Positions 57,150 to 64,000 of a stretch of DNA of 64,000 nucleotides are shown here, piece by piece. The position numbers and the translations under genes are program-made. This DNA comes from a virus. The first letter of the stretch is position 1. Each line of letters opens with the position of its first letter. The notes under the pieces are model-generated. The model searched no databases. It had not been told where the DNA came from and saw nothing but the letters and a program-made list of their open reading frames with translations. The stretch lies in IMG/VR virus record IMGVR_UViG_3300035180_000343, positions 32,001-96,000 of that record; one strand, 5' to 3'.

Positions 57150-58985
57150 TTACACCTCAATTGATGAGAAATCTTTCTTCTTTTTCAATGTGCTAAATCC
57201 ACTTGGGCCACTTTTTTCTTCTTTTTCGTCTGGACTTCCCTTCTCGAGTATTCTACCGTTAGCAGGTTGATCGACGTTGTAGAGAAGCATCTTTGCCCGA
57301 TCAACTCCGACAACGAATCTCTTGTTCATCACTGGATCGGAAAACCGATTCTTCAACTGCTTAAACATAATCATGTTCTGTTCATCAAGTGCTTCGGTTC
57401 TAATGATAGCAAATATTGCATCTGCAATCATTGCTGTTCCGAACGAATCTGAGATTTCGGTGATTTCCGAATCGGAATTATTGTTACCAGATCTGGAGAA
57501 CTGTGTACTACTTATAATCGGAACATTAAATTCAATTGCCAACCCACGCAATTCTTCTGCAATCGATTTTACCATACTATAACTATTAACATTATTCCCT
57601 GCTTTATATCGAACAGACGACATAATATTAACATAATCAACCATTATAATATCTGGAACAAATTCTTGTTTCAATTGAAGGTCATTTAGAAGTGCTCGAA
57701 AATGTGCAACATTTGCGCCAGCAGTTGGATATTCTTTAACCACCATCTTTCCAGTTATTGTTGGCAGAACCTCGGACATTCGTTGAACATATTTTTCCTT
57801 TGACCACTTCTCAAGCTCGCCAAGATTCGTTTGCAAAAGATTTGCGTCAATACGTTCGAGGATGCGTTCTTCAGCCATCTCTAGTGTGATATAAAGAACA
57901 TTTTTCCCAGACTTGATATAAGACGATGCGAGGCTACATTTTACCATGCTTTTGCCAGCATTGGTATTATGTGAGCTAACATTTTCTGTCCAGTATCTAT
58001 GATTAGGATGGTCAATTACAACGTCAACAATTGGAATTCGATTCCCCGTCTTTTGTATTACGTATTCCGTTCGATATCCAGATTTTGTTAGAATATTTAG
58101 ATGGGGAATATTATTCGCGTCAAGATCAAGCAGTTCTTTTGCAGAAAACCACCCAGATACAGTTTCGAATAAATGATTCTCATTACACCTAATCAAGTGA
58201 CCGTCTATTTGGAGGATATATTCGTCCCATATCCCCTTATCAACATATTCCGCAATCGGAACCCATCCATCGGGCGAGTCAATTTCAACATCGGAATTAT
58301 TCATCAACTGTTGAATTCTACCAACCGTTGAGTTCAACTCGTGCCAATGTTGCGTAGACTTTTGTCGAGTTCTAATCTTAACTTTAGTATCTGGATGAAC
58401 ACAACCCGCTATTAGCAACGTCAATGTTTTCTTAGGCAATCCACCACCGGTAATGGTATTGAGCATGTCGATATCAAACGGAATTCGAACCGATTCCGCA
58501 TGCAACTTCTCAAACCGTTCTTCAACGTCAGTTAATGACTGCCCAACCGATTTATTAAAAGATACTGATAATGCATCTTTTAGAATATCCGGAAGTTGAT
58601 CTCGGCTTTGTTCTTCGTCGTTAATAATTTCAATACATTTTAGAACAGAATTATAAACACTTCGTTCTTTAATCCAGGCTTCGGCGTGTTCGACTAACCA
58701 TGCCTGGCTTGGCTCCTTAATTCTCGATGATGCAACCTCAGCAAGGACGCACTCCGCTTGTGTTACAGAATCTTCTGAAAGTTTATTGTTCGTTCGTAAA
58801 GAAACAATAATCTCATCTTTTGACGGCAGAACATTGTATTTAGAAACAAACTCGTCCACTGCTTTGAAAACAGTTTTTTTGCTTGTTTCTGTGAAATATT
58901 CCTCCTTCAAAAAAGGAAGAACATGCTTAGCAAAGTCTGGGTTAAAGAAGAGACCATGTAAAACTTGCTCTTCGATTCCAGACAT
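57150..58985 (-). CDS. gp41: Replicative helicase gp41 (DnaB-like) with intein
   Basis: IPFDI..LN..TGGG..K.L..G..GKS, YITLEM.E..I..RID, VDYVNI, AEELRGLA, LKNR. Confidence 0.95.
   Translation of the reverse strand: MSGIEEQVLHGLFFNPDFAKHVLPFLKEEYFTETSKKTVFKAVDEFVSKYNVLPSKDEIIVSLRTNNKLSEDSVTQAECVLAEVASSRIKEPSQAWLVEHAEAWIKERSVYNSVLKCIEIINDEEQSRDQLPDILKDALSVSFNKSVGQSLTDVEERFEKLHAESVRIPFDIDMLNTITGGGLPKKTLTLLIAGCVHPDTKVKIRTRQKSTQHWHELNSTVGRIQQLMNNSDVEIDSPDGWVPIAEYVDKGIWDEYILQIDGHLIRCNENHLFETVSGWFSAKELLDLDANNIPHLNILTKSGYRTEYVIQKTGNRIPIVDVVIDHPNHRYWTENVSSHNTNAGKSMVKCSLASSYIKSGKNVLYITLEMAEERILERIDANLLQTNLGELEKWSKEKYVQRMSEVLPTITGKMVVKEYPTAGANVAHFRALLNDLQLKQEFVPDIIMVDYVNIMSSVRYKAGNNVNSYSMVKSIAEELRGLAIEFNVPIISSTQFSRSGNNNSDSEITEISDSFGTAMIADAIFAIIRTEALDEQNMIMFKQLKNRFSDPVMNKRFVVGVDRAKMLLYNVDQPANGRILEKGSPDEKEEKSGPSGFSTLKKKKDFSSIEV
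57966..58403 (-). mobile_element. Contiguous 146-aa mini-intein in the gp41 Walker A
   Basis: CVHPDT start, RCNENH block B, HPNHRYW..SSHN end, +1 Thr; no endonuclease domain. Confidence 0.92.
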
Positions 58986-59311
58986 TATTCTTCCTCATTG
59001 ATGAATTTAGTGGATTCAAGCAGATGTTTGAGTACGATATCATAAATGATATCTTGAATTTTCAATTTAATATCGCCTTCCAATTCAACATCTTCTTCGT
59101 CCAAATTAAATGTATTGTATTCAAAACTCAAGACACCGTCTTTCAACTCAAATGTTTTAGAGTTAAGTTTGACCAAGACTTTCTCGTCCTCTAACGCAAT
59201 TAAGATATCTTGATCCAACGAAGAAATTGCATACTTAACGTTTGCTAATTTATCATCAACTGCCTTTATAAGTTCGTCGATGGAGGTAATGTTTTCATAA
59301 GAGTTACTCAT
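58985..59311 (-). CDS. Hypothetical protein between uvsX and gp41 (gp40 position)
   Basis: ATGA-type coupling to uvsX; acidic. Confidence 0.6.
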   Translation of the reverse strand: MSNSYENITSIDELIKAVDDKLANVKYAISSLDQDILIALEDEKVLVKLNSKTFELKDGVLSFEYNTFNLDEEDVELEGDIKLKIQDIIYDIVLKHLLESTKFINEEE

Positions 59312-60368
59312 TCGTTGTCTCCTCTGGTTGGGCCTCATCTGTATCTACTTCTCCTGCACCATAACAAAACAATGGTTTCATTTTCTCATTGATGAGATCC
59401 AATATTTCCTTTGTAAAATACTTCTCGGGGTCTCGATTTATTTGCGTTCCAAACACCTTTCTACCATCTGGGAGAACAAGCCGAGTCGAATCCTTCTTGA
59501 AGACTCCACATTTTTCCGCAATATCAACTAAACCATAGTATCGTTGTAGGCCGGTGTCGTGCCGAATCAAGACGGAAACCTCTGCTCCAGTCTTAGTCAA
59601 CCTAGATTTATAAAGATTCGCGCGAATATTCAATCCAACCAGTTGGCCATCTTCTTTCTCTTTGCGCTTGTTCAGGATAACAATTGTCGATGCCGCATAC
59701 TTGACACCACTTCCACCACCTATCTCGGCTGGACTATACATATCAAAAACGGCGTAGACATGGTTGGTCAAAATCATCGGGACTTTTGCTTGTGCCAGCT
59801 TCAGTGTTAAAATCCTGAATGCTCCCTTAATAAGCTGCGTCCGAGTCATGTCTTTTACATCTTTTCCCTCTGTAGTATCCTTTACCTCTTTATTAGTCGA
59901 CAACATGCCAAGAGAATCTAGAACAAACAACATTCGTGGCCGAGATTCCTTCTTTGCTTCGATATATTTGTCAAGAATCCTAACTGCCTGAGTCCGAAAG
60001 TCTTCAACTGTTGCAACTGGAATAATGAATATGCGCTTTGAATCAATCCCACGACTTTCAATATCTTCCTTTGTAATTGCACCTTCTGATTCAAAATAAA
60101 AGCAAGCAGAATCGGGATGTGCTTCCAAGAAGTTTTTTGTTCCAGTCAAGACCGCAAAAGATTTTCCCGAGGCTTCCTCACCAGCTAAAGCAGTCACTTT
60201 CCCAACTGGATATCCTTTGTAAATATCCCCAGAAATCAAAGCATTGAGCGCATATGAACCAGAGTCGATATATTCCGTTATATCCCCACTCATTACACCG
60301 TCACATACTGCTTGTGCCATGTTGTTCTTTGTTTCTTTTACCAAACTATTCCATAGTGCGTCACTCAT
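59304..60368 (-). CDS. uvsX: RecA-like recombinase UvsX
   Basis: IDSGSYALNALISG, AGEEASGKS, FESEGA, DSLGMLST.KE, GGGSG.KYAAS. Confidence 0.95.
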   Translation of the reverse strand: MSDALWNSLVKETKNNMAQAVCDGVMSGDITEYIDSGSYALNALISGDIYKGYPVGKVTALAGEEASGKSFAVLTGTKNFLEAHPDSACFYFESEGAITKEDIESRGIDSKRIFIIPVATVEDFRTQAVRILDKYIEAKKESRPRMLFVLDSLGMLSTNKEVKDTTEGKDVKDMTRTQLIKGAFRILTLKLAQAKVPMILTNHVYAVFDMYSPAEIGGGSGVKYAASTIVILNKRKEKEDGQLVGLNIRANLYKSRLTKTGAEVSVLIRHDTGLQRYYGLVDIAEKCGVFKKDSTRLVLPDGRKVFGTQINRDPEKYFTKEILDLINEKMKPLFCYGAGEVDTDEAQPEETTNE

Positions 60369-60394
60369 AGTTACATCCTTCTTGTAAAATTTGA

Positions 60395-60423
60395 AGTATA
60401 ACGGATTCTTTTCGAAAAGTCAA
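60395..60423 (-). promoter_or_regulatory. Sigma70-type promoter TTGACT-17-TATACT upstream of uvsX
   Basis: Spacing counted directly. Confidence 0.7.
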
Positions 60424-60431
60424 GAGACAAA

Positions 60432-60462
60432 AACAAGAATGAGGCCGAAGCCTCATTCTGTT
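60432..60462 (-). terminator. Intrinsic terminator with UUCG loop
   Basis: - strand agaatgaggc-TTCG-gcctcattct followed by tgttttt. Confidence 0.85.
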
Positions 60463-60477
60463 TGGTTGGATTGTTGG

Positions 60478-60762
60478 TTAGCCGACAACGTAAGCATTAA
60501 CTTTTCCGTCAGTATAACCTGTAACTGTTGCCATCATTTTCGGATATTTGTCCGTTAGAGATAACTTGGCAATTGGAGCCGCCGGAGTTGTCGAGCATGT
60601 TCCAAGAGGTAACCAATTCACTCCAGTAACAGATCCGTAGAAGGTTACCGTGCTTGTTCCAACATTCTCGACGACAAACGTACCATCCATTTCTAATAGT
60701 GCTTCAATTACTGCCGAATCGTTCAACGTCGAAGAGTTTTCAAAAAACTTTCTAACTTTCAT
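60478..60762 (-). CDS. Small late protein with CTS-like start
   Basis: MKVRKFFE; ATAAATA motif upstream. Confidence 0.6.
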   Translation of the reverse strand: MKVRKFFENSSTLNDSAVIEALLEMDGTFVVENVGTSTVTFYGSVTGVNWLPLGTCSTTPAAPIAKLSLTDKYPKMMATVTGYTDGKVNAYVVG

Positions 60763-60792
60763 GATTTATTCCTTCAAAACCATATTTATCAG

Positions 60793-62214
60793 GTGGCGCC
60801 GTAAAACCTTGGCCTTCAGGCCAGGGATATAAGGCGTGCTTTTTAACTCGTTCCAATAGTATATGTTAGTGAAACCATTTTGTCAAGTGCTTCGACGAAA
60901 TAATTTCATCAGAATTAAATAATTGTATAAATACGTATATGAAACAATTACTCGCATTCAAATATCGGATTTACCCGACAAAGGATCAAGAAATCCTCTT
61001 GAGTAAAACCTTTGGCTGCAAGCGAGCAATCTTCAATCATTACCTAGAAGTGCAGCAAACCAGATACAAAAACAAAGAACCTCGGTTAAGCAATTTCGAC
61101 ATCAACAAAGACATCACCAAACTAAAAGATGAGAAGGAATGGTTAAGGGAAGTCGATTCGGTTGCTCTACAATCTTCTGCTGAAGATCTAACAAAAGCAT
61201 ATGACAATTTCTTCAAATCCGTAACTGGTAAAAGAAAAGGTCCAAAGATTTCGCCACCGAAGTTCAAGAACAAGAATTCACGTCAGTCGTATCGAACTCG
61301 TAATGTTCGAATTAATGAAGACGGTTCGTTACAAATACCGAAACTAAAGTCAGTCAAAGCAGCCATCCATAGAGAAATCCCAGAAGGATCGGTGATCAAG
61401 ACAACGACCATTTCGAGGAATCCAGATGGAAGATATTATGCATCAATTTTAGTAGAAACAGAAGTAGCACTGCAACCAATGACCCATAGGGAAGTCGGTT
61501 GCGACCTCGGGTTAAAGGATTTGCTTATCACCTCAAGAGGTATAAAATTTAAAAGACCAGATGAATTACCGAACATTGCGAGAACCAAGCAATTGTTAAA
61601 AGCAAAGCAAAAACAGTTCGCAAGAACTGAAAAGAGTAGCAAAAATCACGAATCTTTAAGACTTCAAGTGGCACGTTTATATTCAAAGGTCACCCGACAA
61701 AGAAATGAATATTATCATCTAGTTAGTAGATACTTGGTTGATAACTATGACTCCATCTATGTCGAAGACTTGTCGAGTAAGAACATGCTACAAAACAGGA
61801 AGTTGAGTCGAGCGATTCATGAGGTAGCTTGGTCAACCTTATCTGGGATGATCCAATATAAATCATCTTGGGCTGGTAAAACTTATCATCGGATTGATCG
61901 TTGGTACCCAAGCTCAAAGACCTGTTCTAGTTGTGGTCATAAACTTGAAACACTTGACCTCGGCACCAGAGAATGGACTTGTCCAGATTGCGGAACTCAT
62001 CATGATCGTGATTTGAATGCTGCTATGAACATTCTTCAGGTCGGTCAAGCCGACTGCTACGGAGAAGCAATAAAGTCGCATGCAATAGGCGACTTGGGAG
62101 AAATCCCATCGGCCCTACAGAAAATGATCATTAAAATCGAGAGATCCAATGTTGATACGTTGGTTGGTCATGGGAGTGGGCAAGCCGCGTCCTATAAAGG
62201 ACGCGGTAGTTGAC
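60793..62214 (+). mobile_element. tnpB-only IS200/IS605-family element, copy 3
   Basis: Left end gtggcgccgtaaaaccttggccttcaggccagggatataaggcg; right end gcggtagttgac. Confidence 0.92.
60939..62213 (+). CDS. tnpB: RNA-guided endonuclease TnpB, copy 3
   Basis: Intact RuvC D-E-D and Zn finger. Confidence 0.96.
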   Translation: MKQLLAFKYRIYPTKDQEILLSKTFGCKRAIFNHYLEVQQTRYKNKEPRLSNFDINKDITKLKDEKEWLREVDSVALQSSAEDLTKAYDNFFKSVTGKRKGPKISPPKFKNKNSRQSYRTRNVRINEDGSLQIPKLKSVKAAIHREIPEGSVIKTTTISRNPDGRYYASILVETEVALQPMTHREVGCDLGLKDLLITSRGIKFKRPDELPNIARTKQLLKAKQKQFARTEKSSKNHESLRLQVARLYSKVTRQRNEYYHLVSRYLVDNYDSIYVEDLSSKNMLQNRKLSRAIHEVAWSTLSGMIQYKSSWAGKTYHRIDRWYPSSKTCSSCGHKLETLDLGTREWTCPDCGTHHDRDLNAAMNILQVGQADCYGEAIKSHAIGDLGEIPSALQKMIIKIERSNVDTLVGHGSGQAASYKGRGS

Positions 62215-62216
62215 GC

Positions 62217-62513
62217 TTAGCCTGTCGACTCAGCATCACCCAAAAGGGTTTCGGCCAAGATTTGAAACTCTTCGTCTTCCGAAATCAACTCATTCAGATT
62301 GTTCTTAAAATACGTTTTGGCAAGTTTCCGTAGATGTTTGGGAGCAATCTTATACTTTTCCGAAAGAGCCTTGATTTCTTCTGAAATAAACGATCTCTCT
62401 CCTGCAATACGAATCTGACAATCGCCGATTTCTTTAATCGACTTCATAATTGTGTCGCGAACTTTAGGATCCGCTAGTACGTTGGTAATGCTTGATTGGT
62501 CAATTTCTTTCAT
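62217..62513 (-). CDS. Conserved T4-like small protein (possible DNA-binding regulator)
   Basis: I.GE..FI.E....LSE...I..K.LRKLAKTY.K family. Confidence 0.65.
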   Translation of the reverse strand: MKEIDQSSITNVLADPKVRDTIMKSIKEIGDCQIRIAGERSFISEEIKALSEKYKIAPKHLRKLAKTYFKNNLNELISEDEEFQILAETLLGDAESTG

Positions 62514-62540
62514 CTTTCATTTTCCTAATTGAATCTTCGT

Positions 62541-62759
62541 TCAAATGTCGTCTAGCACTGCTTGAATTTCATCTGGATCAATTGCTTGGCCACAGACAAG
62601 CTGGTCTTTGACGTATCCCAATGCTTCGTAAAGTTCATCAGCATCATTGGCAACCTTTTTCAATCTTTCACCATCTACGTAATTCGCGACGGCCACTTTA
62701 ATGATTCCTCTTCCGTCACGAACATCTATTTCAAATAGATACATTTCGTTTCTCCTCAT
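62541..62759 (-). CDS. Hypothetical protein
   Basis: ORF on the coding strand. Confidence 0.55.
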   Translation of the reverse strand: MRRNEMYLFEIDVRDGRGIIKVAVANYVDGERLKKVANDADELYEALGYVKDQLVCGQAIDPDEIQAVLDDI

Positions 62760-62968
62760 CGTCCCATGCCTCTAAAAATGCGTCGAGAGAACTGAAGACG
62801 ACGCTTCATGTTTTTAGGGGGAACTGAAGAAAAGAATGGCAAATTATATTCGCCTGTGGCAAACTCATTTCCGCATTCCGACATACGAACAAAATTCATC
62901 TTCGTTCCTTTATCGTCGGCATCAGCTGTTGCGAACTTTACAAATGGGACTTGTTGATATTTGTACAT
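62756..62968 (-). CDS. Hypothetical protein
   Basis: ATGA-coupled ORF. Confidence 0.5.
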   Translation of the reverse strand: MYKYQQVPFVKFATADADDKGTKMNFVRMSECGNEFATGEYNLPFFSSVPPKNMKRRLQFSRRIFRGMGR

Positions 62969-63001
62969 TTTCTTTCTTCTTAATCGCGTTAGAAAACAAC
63001 T

Positions 63002-63400
63002 TTACTTAACATCTCCAGAAACTTTCATGTTTCCTCTGATATGCATTGTCCCATTGACTACTGCATTTCCACGAATCTTTGCGTTCGAATAGACACTCGC
63101 ACAATCGCAAACCTCTGCATTCTCAAAAACTTCCGAGTCTCCAGCAACCCACGAGTCACCACAAACCTTTGCGTTTCCGTAGATCATTGCATTTCCATAA
63201 ACCCATGCGTTCTCAAAGACTTGTGCGTCGTCAAACACCATTGCGTTTTCATAAACCCAAGAATCTCCATCTTGGGACAAATTTGCTTCGGACGCAATCC
63301 AGCCGCCAAGATCACCGGCCTTTACATTGCCGAAGTCCTTGAGTGCTTTGATTTGGAACAGGCCGCGGTCGTTCTTGATATCCGTCAACTCATATTTCAT
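63002..63400 (-). CDS. Hexapeptide-repeat (left-handed beta-helix) phage protein
   Basis: LFQIKALKDFG.VKAGDLGGWI then repeated A.VYGNA.V. Confidence 0.85.
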   Translation of the reverse strand: MKYELTDIKNDRGLFQIKALKDFGNVKAGDLGGWIASEANLSQDGDSWVYENAMVFDDAQVFENAWVYGNAMIYGNAKVCGDSWVAGDSEVFENAEVCDCASVYSNAKIRGNAVVNGTMHIRGNMKVSGDVK

Positions 63401-63436
63401 TTTATTACTCCTTCACTGTTTAACCACTATAAACAA

Positions 63437-63465
63437 ATTATAAAAGAAGTCTGAGAGAATGTCAA
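63437..63465 (-). promoter_or_regulatory. Early sigma70-type promoter TTGACA-17-TATAAT
   Basis: Perfect consensus. Confidence 0.85.
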
Positions 63466-63485
63466 GAACTTTTCGAAATTTTTAC

Positions 63486-63523
63486 AAAAAAATGTGGAGG
63501 ACATTTTGACATGTCTTCCACAC
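63486..63523 (-). terminator. Hairpin terminator after gp32
   Basis: tgtggaggaca..tgtcttccaca inverted repeat with a T-run on the - strand. Confidence 0.7.
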
Positions 63524-63531
63524 ATCCAACA

Positions 63532-64000
63532 TTAGAACGGGATGTCGTCTTCGTCGCTTGCCAAGGATTTGAAGAAGTCGTCGTCATCGCTGTTTAGGAC
63601 AGTCTCTTTCTTCTCTGCTCCCCGCGATTGTGTCGGCTTTTCAAATGGGGTTTCGGTTTCCTTAACTCCACTTGTCATTGCCTCAAGCTCTTTTTCTGCC
63701 TTGACATCTTCAATGCCGATGATAGAATTGAATTTCTTGGTCAGCTCTTCGAACGATTTGAAATGCACTGGAGAAACGATCTCTTGAAGATCAGTCATTT
63801 CCTCAAGAATAGCCTCCAACTTCTTTTCATCTCCGTCGAACAAGTCCTCGGCTGGAGATACCTCGGACAGGTCATAGTTACGATAACCTTCGACCTTCCG
63901 AATCTTCAACTTCATAATACAACCGTCGAAGAAAGCAAACGGATCTCGTGGCTCTTCGCCAAATTCTGCTGGGGGATCCATTGCCAATTTTAGCTTGTCA
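63532..64000 (-). CDS. gp32: Single-stranded DNA-binding protein gp32, C-terminal part (5' end outside the window)
   Basis: PFAFFDGC..KLKIRKVEGYRNYD.SE, FKSFEEL.KKF, acidic DDDDFF..L..D tail. Confidence 0.93.
   Translation of the reverse strand, partial: DKLKLAMDPPAEFGEEPRDPFAFFDGCIMKLKIRKVEGYRNYDLSEVSPAEDLFDGDEKKLEAILEEMTDLQEIVSPVHFKSFEELTKKFNSIIGIEDVKAEKELEAMTSGVKETETPFEKPTQSRGAEKKETVLNSDDDDFFKSLASDEDDIPF

Noticed and set aside
45165-62214. tnpA (Y1 or serine) transposase
   Set aside because: No HUH/Y1 or serine-recombinase ORF is seen next to any copy; the left end to ATG distance is only about 146 nt.
1-64000. tRNA or rRNA genes
   Set aside because: No cloverleaf with T-loop GTTCGA/CCA or rRNA-like segment was recognised by eye; a tRNAscan run would be needed to exclude them fully.
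1-64000. Reverse transcriptase or DGR template repeat inside the window
   Set aside because: No YxDD RT ORF and no second copy of the 21345-21560 segment were seen, so the DGR idea rests on codon pattern only.

Overview
A 64-kb segment of a large, AT-rich T4-like myovirus genome. The spanin pair points to a Gram-negative host. From 78 to 24964 the + strand carries a late structural block: baseplate gp7 and gp8, spanins, neck gp13/14, tail terminator gp15, several tail-fibre/adhesin genes, a VrlC/DUF4815-type protein split into two ORFs, a holin candidate, and the terminase large subunit fractured by an atypically split intein. From about 25000 to 64000 almost all phage genes are on the - strand. 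These include a cluster of proteins with T4-type capsid-targeting N-termini (three paralogous ADP-ribosyltransferase-like proteins, a P-loop kinase, a 1319-aa PARP-like protein, a ligase and a nucleotidyltransferase), gp33, gp59, nrdAB, dCMP deaminase, a PRTase, a SleB hydrolase, gp41 helicase with a mini-intein, UvsX and the C-terminus of gp32. A 7-deazaguanine DNA-modification locus (folE, dpdA-like, queC) has a myo-inositol-1-phosphate synthase and a HAD phosphatase embedded in it. Three full tnpB-only IS200/IS605 elements and two 42-nt mini-derivatives are inserted, four of the five antisense to the phage genes. The best candidates for undescribed biology are: (1) an inositol-linked deazaguanine DNA modification; (2) a virion-packaged ADP-ribosylation/RNA-repair cargo set; (3) phage-adapted TnpB elements under a late promoter; (4) a DGR-like variable region in a glycine-rich tail protein. 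All product calls come from motif recognition by eye; no database searches were run.
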